Under the pieces are notes generated by a model. It did not search any database. It saw only the letters and a program-made list of their open reading frames with translations, and was not told where the DNA came from. Positions 10,500-20,406 of a stretch of DNA of 35,583 nucleotides are shown piece by piece. The stretch's first letter is position 1, and each line of letters opens with the position of its first letter. This stretch comes from an uncultured virus (IMG/VR IMGVR_UViG_2061766007_002310). Its lineage: Duplodnaviria; Heunggongvirae; Uroviricota; Caudoviricetes. The stretch is from IMG/VR virus record IMGVR_UViG_2061766007_002310; one strand, written 5' to 3'. The position numbers and the translations under genes were made by a program.

Positions 10500-11266
10500 T
10501 TAGTTTGTTCCTTCATGGCGGAGTTTCGCCATCTTGTTGTATACCTTGTTGTAATTCTTGATAAGTTCCTTGTCGCCAGTACGTTTGCGTAGCCAGTCGA
10601 TAGTGCTTGCAATGAAGGTAGCGTCTACGTCGTGGTTAGATCCGATTTCCAAGCATCGCTGTTTACACTTGCGGACGGCATCACTGCAGTTTACCCATTT
10701 CTTGATACTGNNNNNNNNNNNNNNNNNNNNNNNNNNNNNNNNNNNNNNNNNNNNNNNNNNNNCGGCAGCGATGCAGTTAAGCCATAAAGATATACATTAC
10801 ATGGGACGATACAAGAGTCAGCACACCAGACACCGGGCCATATGACTCTGTCAGTAGGTGAGCAATGGAGCGAATAGATGTCGCCTTGGATATCTACGTG
10901 CAATGCTTCCAATTCCTTTCCCCACTTAGTGTAAATTTGATCATTTATTGTGTTATTCAATTCACGTATACACTGTTCCAAGCAGAACTTCGGATAGGCA
11001 AAGTTGTAATGAATGTCGATCTTGACCGTCCAGCAGATGTACGGAACCGCATTGTGGATGCAAGGCATCGGAACGACCGAATGTACGGCGTAGTTCTTCT
11101 GGTGTTCTTCTTCAAGATAATGTTCGTCGAAGAGATCGACAAGGTCGTCGAAATGCTTCTGACACTTGACCGGAATGGCGTCCAGAACGGATACCAGTTC
11201 GCCAGGGACAACGTAGCGAGGAGTATCGCACTTGATAGTAAGCGGTGAATAGAAACGTAAAATCAT
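10500..11266 (-). CDS. Divergent allele (B) of the 9442-10209 gene
   Basis: Same N-terminus, same C-terminus (KELIKNYNKVYNKMAKLRHEGTN) and same downstream gene start; divergent middle; contains an N gap. Confidence 0.7.
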
Positions 11267-11268
11267 AA

Positions 11269-11589
11269 TCAATACTTTGAGACACCGTGCATGCAGAAGG
11301 TGTCCATTTCGAGGTGAACGTTGACTGATACGACACGAGTAACGAGCGAAGCGTAGAACTCGTCAAAGAACTTTTTCNNNNNNNNNNNNNNNNNNNNNNN
11401 NNNNNNNNNNNNNNNNNNNNNNNNNNNNNNNNNNNNNNNNNNNNNNNNNNNNNNNNNNNNNNNNNNNNNNNNNNNNNNNNNNNNNNNNNNTCCGGAAGAC
11501 GTCATCATGTTGAAAGACGGCCAGACGATGTTCTTGATCTCTTTCTGGAAGAACTCACGGAAGTTAGTCATTGTCAGTTTTTGTGACAT
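11269..11589 (-). CDS. Hypothetical protein present only in haplotype B
   Basis: MSQKLTMTNFREFFQKEIK...gap...HGVSKY; lies between two genes that are directly adjacent at 10209/10213. Confidence 0.6.
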   Translation of the reverse strand: MSQKLTMTNFREFFQKEIKNIVWPSFNMMTSSGXXXXXXXXXXXXXXXXXXXXXXXXXXXXXXXXXXXXXXKKFFDEFYASLVTRVVSVNVHLEMDTFCMHGVSKY

Positions 11590-11842
11590 TGTAGGGCTCC
11601 GGGTGAAGGATGTCGCCTTTCCAGCCGCCCCTTATGCGAGCTTGNNNNNNNNNNNNNNNNNNNNNNNNNNNNNNNNNNNNNNNNNNNNNNNNNNNNNNNN
11701 NNNNNNNNNNNNNNNNNNNNNNNNNNNNNNNNNNNNNNNNNNNNNNNNNNNNNNNNNNNNNNNNNNNTGTGAGCGTATATTGGCAACAGATTTGCCATAT
11801 ATTCGTTATATTGCTATATNNNNNNNNNNCATGAGCGTATAT

Positions 11843-11882
11843 TGGCAACAGATTTGCCATATATTCGTTATATTGCTATATT
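11843..11882 (+). promoter_or_regulatory. Divergent sigma70-like promoter region
   Basis: TTGCCA(11854-11859)-N17-TATATT(11877-11882) with TG extension; inverted TGGCAA at 11843-11848 could be the -35 of the leftward promoter; gene orientation switches here. Confidence 0.65.
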
Positions 11883-11903
11883 TCAACAAAAACAAGGATT
11901 CCT

Positions 11904-12278
11904 ATGATCAAGGTAAAAATAAACAAGAACACTAAGACTGCGTTCATAATCGACGACGCCGAGTCCACACCCGGAGCTTCACGCACGCTCACTGCATTCC
12001 GTCTCCATGCACTGCCGAAGATTAACGAAATTATGGCAAATGCCGACGATAATGAAGACTGGCTATCAACGATTTACCTATGGTACTTTCCGTGCGACGG
12101 ACTTACCTTCATCGCTACGAATATTCCGTACACCGACGACAAAGAAGTCGTAATCAACTTTGACCTATATGAACCAGTAAAAACTGGCAATACGCTCGAC
12201 TGGATCGAAATCGGACAGTACATCCTCGCATTCTGTCTCGGCGGAGTCGTCGGCACGCTGCTGTACTGGCTAGGTTGA
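11904..12278 (+). CDS. Hypothetical protein with C-terminal TM helix
   Basis: 124-aa ORF after promoter and AAGGA; ends IGQYILAFCLGGVVGTLLYWLG. Confidence 0.7.
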   Translation: MIKVKINKNTKTAFIIDDAESTPGASRTLTAFRLHALPKINEIMANADDNEDWLSTIYLWYFPCDGLTFIATNIPYTDDKEVVINFDLYEPVKTGNTLDWIEIGQYILAFCLGGVVGTLLYWLG

Positions 12279-12316
12279 ATTGCAAATTAAACTTTACTAA
12301 CTTGGAGGCAGGCACC

Positions 12317-13262
12317 GTGGCTCAAGTCTCGAAGCAGAAAACAGTTAAACGCAAGGGCGGCAAGAAGCCAAACCGCTTCGCCGCCAAACAGAAAGACGAC
12401 GGAATGGTCGTGTTCCCAATGGCTAACGGAAAGCTCGCCACCACATGGGTGAGCAACGTAGACAATATCTTGTCCGAAGGAACCGGCTCACTCGACCTCG
12501 AACGTCTCAAGACTCTCAAGGAAAAGCTCACCAATACCATGTCGCTTGTCGAGCACCGCATTTCCGAACTGGAAATCGAGAAGGCGGAAAAGGCTGCGAA
12601 GGAATTCGTAGAAAACAAGATCAAGTACGTCTCGGAAAACTGCATCGGAAAGACAGCAAAAGTGTGCTTCGGCAACGGCCAGTTCTCGATGAACGCTGTA
12701 CTTACCTATGTAGCGATCGAAGGTGACAAGCTCCATATCCAGAGCATCTATCCGCTTCCCATGCAGAGAGATTCCAAGACGTATCCGTGCTACATGCACA
12801 GCGGAGTTGCGCAGATCGAATACAAGGCTCCNNNNNNNNNNCGGAAATCCAGCGAAGATATGCTTCGGCAACGGCCAGTTCTCTATGAACTCAGTACTTA
12901 CCTATGTGGCAGTCGAAGGTGATAAGCTACATATCCAGGGCATCTATCCGCTTCCCATGCAGAGAGATTCCAAAACATATCCGTGCTACATGCACAGCGG
13001 AGTTGCGCAGATCGAATACAAGGCTCCGTTGAAAAGCCTACAATTCAAGACGATGGACAGCGATACGCATTTCATCATGTCCAGTACGACTGTATCTACC
13101 ACCATCGAGTTCGGCTGCACGTTCGAGCACGCATATACGGACATGGTCAAGGTATATCTCACGGAAATCACCGAACAGTTCCACGCAATCACAGCCAAGC
13201 CCAAGAAGCTGAAGCTGGTATTGAAGAAACATACACCCAAGACAAAAACGGAATCCAAATGA
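12317..13262 (+). CDS. Hypothetical protein (basic N-terminus, coiled coil); internal haplotype duplication at the 12832 gap
   Basis: GGAGG SD then GTG at 12317; about 12645-12831 is repeated at about 12842-13027; stop overlaps the next ATG. Confidence 0.65.
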
Positions 13263-13765
13263 AATACCATTACATCTCATTCAAGGAGTTCAGCGACTGG
13301 TGCAACAAGCGTGCCGCCGACGGCAAGTGGGGAATGGCCAACGCCATCGAATGTTCCCAGCTATGCTCTGACATGTACAACGTATTCTTCCTCAAGCGAG
13401 AGAAGGTATGGAAGGAAAAGTACGAGTCCCGCATGCGAGAACTCGTAAACGAGATCGAACGAAAGATCGAACTTGACAAGTTGGGAAAGCTCCGTGAACA
13501 GATCGAAGCCGAAAAGGCCCACAAGGAAGAATGCTACAAGATGACCGCCGAGTCCAGATATAACCAGCCAGGTTACCGACGCACTATTCATCCGAACTAC
13601 TTTGTCGACTTGCCGTTCATCGTAAAGCCGGAAGCAGCATATTCCGGAAAGGTCTTGCCGAACGAGACTTACATTTCCGACCAGCACAGCAAAAAGCTCG
13701 GCGACTACATGTCAACAGAATACACCAAGTGCTCTCTGCACGAATCGCTAATCTATAACGACTTC
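13259..13765 (+). CDS. Hypothetical protein, 5' part; its 3' part is the reverse-oriented piece at 16336-16637
   Basis: MKYHYISFKEFSDWCNKRAADGKWG...; EYTKCSLHESLIYNDF at about 13717-13765 is the reverse complement of about 16588-16637. Confidence 0.7.
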
Positions 13766-14550
13766 NNNNNNNNNNNNNNNNNNNNNNNNNNNNNNNNNNN
13801 NNNNNNNNNNNNNNNNNNNNNNNNNNNNNNNNNNNNNNNNNNNNNNNNNNNNNNNNNNNNNNNNNNNNNNNNNNNNNNNNNNNNNNNNNNNNNNNNNNNN
13901 NNNNNNNNNNNNNNNNNNNNNNNNNNNNNNNNNNNNNNNNNNNNNNNNNNNNNNNNNNNNNNNNNNNNNNNNNNNNNNNNNNNNNNNNNNNNNNNNNNNN
14001 NNNNNNNNNNNNNNNNNNNNNNNNNNNNNNNNNNNNNNNNNNNNNNNNNNNNNNNNNNNNNNNNNNNNNNNNNNNNNNNNNNNNNNNNNNNNNNNNNNNN
14101 NNNNNNNNNNNNNNNNNNNNNNNNNNNNNNNNNNNNNNNNNNNNNNNNNNNNNNNNNNNNNNNNNNNNNNNNNNNNNNNNNNNNNNNNNNNNNNNNNNNN
14201 NNNNNNNNNNNNNNNNNNNNNNNNNNNNNNNNNNNNNNNNNNNNNNNNNNNNNNNNNNNNNNNNNNNNNNNNNNNNNNNNNNNNNNNNNNNNNNNNNNNN
14301 NNNNNNNNNNNNNNNNNNNNNNNNNNNNNNNNNNNNNNNNNNNNNNNNNNNNNNNNNNNNNNNNNNNNNNNNNNNNNNNNNNNNNNNNNNNNNNNNNNNN
14401 NNNNNNNNNNNNNNNNNNNNNNNNNNNNNNNNNNNNNNNNNNNNNNNNNNNNNNNNNNNNNNNNNNNNNNNNNNNNNNNNNNNNNNNNNNNNNNNNNNNN
14501 NNNNNNNNNNNNNNNNNNNNNNNNNNNNNNNNNNNNNNNNNNNNNNNNNN

Positions 14551-14846
14551 GCAGTACACTTGGTAAAAATCCGATAGCCAGATTCATCATCGACCTTTTT
14601 ACCGTCCCACTGAAGCTCGTACAGCTTGATGAGCGTGTCGATGATTTGCTCAACGTCACGCTGCAAGTTTCCAGCCTTTACCTCGTAATCCGGCTCGCCA
14701 TCATCATCTGGGAACCAAGTAAGACCAAGTGTACGGCAATCATCGGCAGCGTCGTCGAAGCTGAACGCATGCAGAGAATCCGACACGGTCTCGTGCCACT
14801 TGTTCCAGTCGATCGTATAGTTAGCGACATCATCACGAGTTAGCAT
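14551..14846 (-). CDS. Hypothetical protein, 3' end in gap
   Basis: AAGGAG SD; MLTRDDVANYTIDWNKWHETV... Confidence 0.6.
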
Positions 14847-15150
14847 AACAGCTCCTTAGTCAAAAAGTGTTTTTTCTTTAGCATCAGACGGTCGACGATA
14901 TACTGTAGTGTCAAGATCAGCACCTTCCCACTTCGCACCGAAAACGTTCTGACACTCCACAGTCCAGTAATGTTCAGTGAAACCCCAGCCAAGCCATTCA
15001 ATGATTGGACGTTCCCACGNNNNNNNNNNCAAATGACCGCCTTGCAGAACCGTGTATCGAAGTACGACTGGTCAGCGACCCAGAACACGGAATTCCCTGG
15101 TTCGAGATTAACTTGGTAACCGTAGGGCAGTTCTTTTAAGGAGATAAATT

Positions 15151-15489
15151 ATGGATAAATTCACTGTATGTTGCTGGTTATTTCAGTTTACCGTATTGGC
15201 ACTCATGTGTACGTCCGTTTATGTCATGGACGTCGTGATACCTAAAGCCGAATCGCTGGCGCTGAAACAGTTCCACTGTTTTGAAGTAATTTCTTACGAA
15301 GCAATGGCGCTCGTAATGGCCGCCTTTGTTGCTGGCATGCAGTTCTACGAAGGATTGATTGTCACGCCGATACTATTGTGTATCCAGTGCGTGATCTTGA
15401 TCGTTGCGATAGTCTGCATGGCACGTGCGCACCGTAAGTACGGCAAGGCCATAGAGGAAGAAAAGAATGGAACTAAGATGTCAAGTTGA
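15151..15489 (+). CDS. Membrane protein with about 3 TM segments
   Basis: AAGGAG SD; three hydrophobic stretches and a basic tail. Confidence 0.65.
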   Translation: MDKFTVCCWLFQFTVLALMCTSVYVMDVVIPKAESLALKQFHCFEVISYEAMALVMAAFVAGMQFYEGLIVTPILLCIQCVILIVAIVCMARAHRKYGKAIEEEKNGTKMSS

Positions 15490-15916
15490 TATGCACTGGT
15501 ACGAGGTGGGCAAGGAAACTCCTCGTGAACATTTACTACTGTTTTTGGTGACTGAACAAGACCCGGAAACTATCTATACTGGCTATTCCGTGGACGGACA
15601 GTTCCGTCTTGCTGGGCAAGATTGTGCGGTGTTGCCTCTGTTAGGCACAAAGTTCACTCATTTTGCCTACGTCAACAGCAACATGCTTCCAAAGAACTGC
15701 AAGGAAGGATGTCTGGGTAGCGGATGGTGTCTCACCAAGGATCAAGTTCCTGAAGACGACGAGCCGGTTGCTATCTATCCGAGCTTCCAGGGACATCAGT
15801 TCGCTGTTTGGAACAAGCACGAGCAGTGCTGGGACGACGAGTCTGGCGACGATTACATGTGCGCCAAGGAAACCGTTGACAAGTGGTATAAGATCAACTG
15901 GGGAGGTGTTCTATGA
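15467..15916 (+). CDS. Hypothetical phage protein with two DUF551-like units
   Basis: WYEVGKETP...FTHFAY and WCLTKDQVPEDDEPV...VDKWYKI; overlapping start/stop with neighbours. Confidence 0.6.
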   Translation: MELRCQVDMHWYEVGKETPREHLLLFLVTEQDPETIYTGYSVDGQFRLAGQDCAVLPLLGTKFTHFAYVNSNMLPKNCKEGCLGSGWCLTKDQVPEDDEPVAIYPSFQGHQFAVWNKHEQCWDDESGDDYMCAKETVDKWYKINWGGVL

Positions 15917-16269
15917 TTTTCGTAGCTGGATTTGTTGGATTTGTACTTGCATTGGCCATTGTTGGCGTCATCGTGCTTATCAAGCGCAAGAAGGAAAGTG
16001 AGCTACCGTATAAGATCCTTGTAGAAATCGATGGTATCAAGTTCGTCCTGGATACGTTGCTTCTCGATATGATGAAGCATGGAATGCTTGATGACTATGG
16101 CGAACAAAGTCTTATCATGAACAATATGATGCAGCAGTGCTATAACGTAATGGCGGCTGGTTGGAAATCCGAACATAAGGAAAAATATGCTCGATGCGGA
16201 TTCCTTATAAATGATGAAGACAAGCTGACCTATGTGATCACTCCGCTGACGATTACGACGCCTTTGTAA
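15913..16269 (+). CDS. Membrane-anchored hypothetical protein
   Basis: GGAGG SD; N-terminal TM followed by KRKK. Confidence 0.65.
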   Translation: MIFVAGFVGFVLALAIVGVIVLIKRKKESELPYKILVEIDGIKFVLDTLLLDMMKHGMLDDYGEQSLIMNNMMQQCYNVMAAGWKSEHKEKYARCGFLINDEDKLTYVITPLTITTPL

Positions 16270-16287
16270 TTGTGTCTCATAATAAAC

Positions 16288-16318
16288 GAAAGGGCCGGAC
16301 GATGTCCGACCCTTTTTG
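16288..16318. terminator. Bidirectional intrinsic terminator between convergent genes
   Basis: AAAGGGCCGGAC-GAT-GTCCGACCCTTTTT hairpin with A and T tracts on either side. Confidence 0.7.
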
Positions 16319-16335
16319 TTTCTTCATGACTAATG

Positions 16336-16637
16336 TTACTTTATCCACTGTTTCAAGAACTTGGTTTCTTGCTTGACACGGTCAATCGTATTGGCGTTCT
16401 CGTTAATTAGCTTTTGGATAGCATCCTTGTCGTATTCAAGGAACGATTCGTCCATGAGATCACGGATATACATGTCGATCTTGTCTCCGTTGATCTCGCC
16501 GATATTGTTTGCGGTAATTACAAGGATTGTATCGCAGATGTTCAGATCGGTCGGGTAGATGTCGAGACTATATACGAATTTCTTAAGGAAGTCGTTATAG
16601 ATTAGCGATTCGTGCAGAGAGCACTTGGTGTATTCTG
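16336..16637 (-). CDS. 3' part of the gene starting at 13259 (mis-oriented contig)
   Basis: EYTKCSLHESLIYNDFLKKFVYSLD...FLKQWIK*; exact overlap with the end of the 13259 contig. Confidence 0.65.
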
Positions 16638-16647
16638 NNNNNNNNNN

Positions 16648-17371
16648 GATGGCCTTGAACTGCTTGGTGTATTCCGGCAAGATGTCGGCATACGCCTTGG
16701 CGACCACTTCCGGCTTGTTGCGGAAAGCACCGCAGCCGAACGCACCGAGGATAACCACGTCTGCACCGTTCAGCGCAGCCACATTGAGGATCTGGCGAGC
16801 GCGGCTCACGTGGAGCTTGTAGAGTTCGTCGTCNNNNNNNNNNATCCGGGGCCGGTTCACGTTCCTGGTTGTACTTGGAAATATTCTTCTCACGGAGATT
16901 CGGAGCCGCACATGTGATCACGTCGAGATAGACCGTATCGTCGAGCATATCGTAGTCGTCGGTCTTAATCACTGGTACATTGGGCGTGTAGATGATGTCG
17001 TCGTTGTGCAACGGGCCCACGTTCTTCTTGTGGTGCTCGTAGAAGCATTCCACTGCATCCGGAGTAGTGAGACACTTGTAGAGTCCGGAAACACGGCAGA
17101 TGCACTCTTCTTGTGCAGATGAGCCTGTCGTGACACCGCCACCGGGTCTGGTAGCACTTGCGAAATTGAGGATAGCCACCTTGACGGTCGAGTCCGCCTT
17201 GAGAACGGCTCGACCAGCGTCGACGGTACGGTTCCTGGTAAGGCTGATAGAACACGGCGTGTCGAAGCGGTCTGCCATGGGTGCCGGTGCGTCACCGAAG
17301 TAGTACTTCTGTGCAGCGATTGCGTTGTCGATATCCTTCTTAATCGAAGGAGATGCATCGATGGCCTTCAT
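16648..17371 (-). CDS. Bacterial-type poly(ADP-ribose) glycohydrolase / TIGR02452 (DUF2263) macrodomain protein; 3' end lost in gap
   Basis: LNFASATRPGGGVTTGSSAQEE is the PARG signature GGG-X6-8-QEE; ITCAAPN; VILGAFGCGAFRN in the piece at 16648-16833. Confidence 0.9.
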
Positions 17372-18054
17372 CGTGCTTTCGAATACGGCGATATTGAATT
17401 CTTTTGNNNNNNNNNNNNNNNNNNNNNNNNNNNNNNNNNNNNNNNNNNNNNNNAGACGATTACCTTGACGTCCTCATTCCCGTGATACTTGTTCAGCAAG
17501 TGCAACCCAATGTTTGCTTCAGTAAATATAGCAATATCATGGCGCATTGCGTATCGGAAATTGTATCCTTTTTCCATCAAAATCAGCCCATAGAACGCAT
17601 CGTCGTTACATGTGGACACAATTTGCTTGGTAAGCAAGCCCAGTGCGCCGTCAAGACAGTGCGGAGGATACAATGTCGCATATCCGTTAGGTAACCGCAG
17701 TCCACCAGTCTTCACGTTGGGAAAGTTCGTGATTACGTCGTTAGGGTATTTCTCGTGCAAATCCCACAGAGCGTCCACTACGAATCCGTAATCGATATCG
17801 TCGTCGACGGAAATGACCGGATGGTCTGGATACTTTTCCATCGTATAGAGGACTTTCTTGAACGGGCCAATGTCGATAGGACACCAGATGATCTCGTCGA
17901 CCCCAGTGTCTGGCCATACACGCCCAGCAAACTCTTCCTCGGACAGAGTAAGCACGACATGGACATCCTTCGCCGTACGGCGAATCGATTCCACGGTCTG
18001 CTTCACTCTGTTGATTCTGTACCTACTGGTAGTAAGGCTTACAAGTCGTTCCAT
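17368..18054 (-). CDS. GT-A fold (family 2-like) glycosyltransferase
   Basis: LVSLTTSRYRI...DIGPFKK...VISVDDDIDY (DxD)...GYATLYPPHCL...NDDAFY; GAGG SD before the ATG at 18054; second-haplotype copy of the 3' part at 18213-18685. Confidence 0.75.
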   Translation of the reverse strand: MERLVSLTTSRYRINRVKQTVESIRRTAKDVHVVLTLSEEEFAGRVWPDTGVDEIIWCPIDIGPFKKVLYTMEKYPDHPVISVDDDIDYGFVVDALWDLHEKYPNDVITNFPNVKTGGLRLPNGYATLYPPHCLDGALGLLTKQIVSTCNDDAFYGLILMEKGYNFRYAMRHDIAIFTEANIGLHLLNKYHGNEDVKVIVXXXXXXXXXXXXXXXXQKNSISPYSKAR

Positions 18055-18806
18055 TTCGGTTTCCTCTTTACTGCGTCCCTTATTAGCTTTCCAGCTGACA
18101 GTATCGCTGCAATCGTCACGAGCATGTGGTGCTCGTCTGCGTTGACTCCGGGCGTAGTGTGCATCGACTTGACGCGCATCTTGCTGTCGTTGGAATTCTT
18201 TANNNNNNNNNNTTGGCATAAGTGTCCCTTGGGTATTTGTTGATAAATGTTTGATCGGTCGGGTTGAACTTGCCTGACTTGTACAGCTCGGTGACGATTA
18301 CCTTGATGTCCTCATTGCCGTGGTACTTGTCCAGCATGTGCAAACCGTCGTTGTCTTTCCCTAATATAGCAATATCATGACGCATTGCGTATCGGAAATG
18401 GTAGTTTTTCGCCATCAAAACCAGCCCGTAGAACGCATCGTCGTTCTTTGTGGCCACGATATGCCGTGTTAGCAAACCAAAAGCTCCGTCCAGACAGTGC
18501 GGAGGATACCATGTCGCATATCCGTTAGGTAACCGCAGTCCGCCAGTCTTCACGTTGGGGAAGTTGGTGATTACGTCATAAGGGTACTTCTCGTGCAGAT
18601 CCCACAGAGCGTCCACCACACATCCGTAGTCAATGTCGTCGTCGACGGAAATGACCGGATGGTCTGGATACTTTTCCATCGTATANNNNNNNNNNGTCCG
18701 CTAGGCTCTCCGCAGTTCCATAGAACAAGTTCTTAATCCTCCTAAGCGCTTTCACCAAGGAGTAGACCAAGCATACGGAGAAAATGACTGCAGCGAACTT
18801 CCGCAT
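18041..18806 (-). CDS. Probable single small membrane-anchored protein split by gaps (pieces 18696-18806 and about 18041-18202)
   Basis: MRKFAAVIFSVCLVYSLVKALRRIKNLFYG... and ...KNSNDSKMRVKSMHTTPGVNADEHHMLVTIAAILSAGKLIRDAVKRKPKWNDL*; the join is inferred. Confidence 0.4.
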
Positions 18807-18808
18807 TG

Positions 18809-18976
18809 CTACTTTTCGGCTACTTCAACTTCGTAGAATACCATGTAGGTGCTTCCGCGTGGATTGTAGTTAAATACAATCTGTACTTGTGACAAAGACA
18901 GTCCGTTCGTGTTGAGGAACTTGTCCACCTCGCCAACTCCGCCCTTGATCTGCTGGTGCATTACTATTTTCTTCAT
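18809..18976 (-). CDS. Small hypothetical protein (55 aa)
   Basis: MKKIVMHQQIKGGVGEVDKFLNTNGL...YMVFYEVEVAEK; AAGGAG SD; promoter TTGAAT-N17-TATATT at 19027-18999. Confidence 0.65.
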   Translation of the reverse strand: MKKIVMHQQIKGGVGEVDKFLNTNGLSLSQVQIVFNYNPRGSTYMVFYEVEVAEK

Positions 18977-19036
18977 AATAAAAAAACTCCTTGCAGTAAA
19001 TATAGCAAGGAGCAATTTGTGATTCAAATTTGGCCG

Positions 19037-20294
19037 TTAGGGCAGCGTAAACTGTAAATTATGGCGTTCCTTGGCTTCACGCAGGTCCTCGATGACACGG
19101 CAAAGTGCAGCCAATTTCTGCAACGACGGATCAATGCCCATCTCGGCAACTTCACGTTCGGCACATTCCACGTATCCGGTATACTTGAGCTGGCTCAAAG
19201 CACGTTCGGCAGCTTCCGGCGGATATGCGGTATTGATGTCGGCGATGTGCATGCGCAAGAACGTATCCATCGGCATACCGCCACGCTTCATACGGTACAA
19301 GTAGTTGCTGATGCTCTCGTCCGGCTTCGGAGCTTGCTCGACCTTTGCTGGATCGCCACCGTTGGCGAAACGCTCGTACAGACGTGCATAAGGCAATCTT
19401 GGGAAATGCTGCCTCATTTCGGCGATGCTTCCCACTCGTGCGGACAAGTTCTTAGGTATGTTGGCACGTTCTGCCATCGCCTTGGCCATTGCTTCCTTCT
19501 CGTCGAACTCCTTCTGGTCATCCGCAGTCAATCGAGCATCAGGCTTCTCAATTGTCGGCGCTTTCTGTACGTCGCCAGAGAATCGGCACCAGCTCAAGAA
19601 ACTACTCTCGTTGCCTTTCTCCCTCGCATTACGGAGATCGACAAGGAACTTATAGCATTTCTTTTCCAGTGTATCCAGAGACTTATTGTTCATCATTAGC
19701 TTTTGAATGTCCGGATTCTTGATCATTTCACCGAACGTTTTGAATACAACGGACTTGGCATTGGCTGCATCTACTTCAGGAGNNNNNNNNNNTCCATAGT
19801 GTCCACTAAAATTCAATCTGTACGCAGTTTATCAGAAACGGCCACCGAGATTGCTCTCGGTGACCGACTCCACNNNNNNNNNNATCGAAAGGAATGTGGA
19901 AATAATTGTATATTTGAGCAACCCTCTTCACAAACGCCTTGTAGTATGCCTTGCGAGCCTCGTCCTGGTTCAATACGTTCAACTGGGAATTGTGCATGTC
20001 CTTTTCTACATTCATCGGCTGGCGAGGAATCGGCTTGCTGCGGTACTTGCCTGGATACTTCTTCATGTCTTCCTTGACCGCAGCACGGTCAAACGGCATG
20101 CCGAGTTTCTTGCTACCAGCTTCCATGGCATCAAGTCGGCGTTCCATTTCCTCTTCGGTCATCGGTCGACGGTCTACGTGGTACGTATGGAAGAAGGCTT
20201 CCATCAACGCCGTCTTGAGGTGATCCGGCATCTCCATAGATTCCATCAACGCAGAAAATTCTTCCAACTGTTCAAGCTCGCCCATATTGTCCAC
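19037..20294 (-). CDS. Hypothetical protein, possibly late/virion-associated; probably one gene split by gaps
   Basis: Pieces 19884-20294 and 19037-19782; the upstream region is duplicated at 19793-19873; preceded by GATAAACT; acidic N-terminus with LMES/LMEA motifs. Confidence 0.55.
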
Positions 20295-20326
20295 AAAATT
20301 TCAATCTGTCTGCAGTTTATCAGAAA

Positions 20327-20354
20327 CGGCCACCGAGATTGCTCTCGGTGACCG
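20327..20354 (-). terminator. Intrinsic terminator with GCAA tetraloop
   Basis: Minus strand CGGTCACCGAGA-GCAA-TCTCGGTGGCCG then TTTCT; the T-G pair works only on the minus strand. Confidence 0.75.
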
Positions 20355-20406
20355 ACTCCACTATGCCGGACGGCCTATCCCTCAGCCGTCCATGATATAA
20401 ATTAGT

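Noticed and set aside
9442..11266. Diversity-generating retroelement template/variable repeat pair
   Set aside because: No reverse transcriptase in the window, and the differences are not adenine-specific.
13717..16637. ~50-bp inverted repeat (13717-13765 versus 16588-16637) suggesting an invertible region or transposon ends
   Set aside because: Both copies end at gaps and are the overlap of two halves of one ORF, so the 15030-16637 contig is simply flipped.
17368..18685. Tandem pair of glycosyltransferase genes
   Set aside because: The second copy is gap-bounded, nearly identical and supplies the C-terminal part missing from the first; it is best read as another haplotype.
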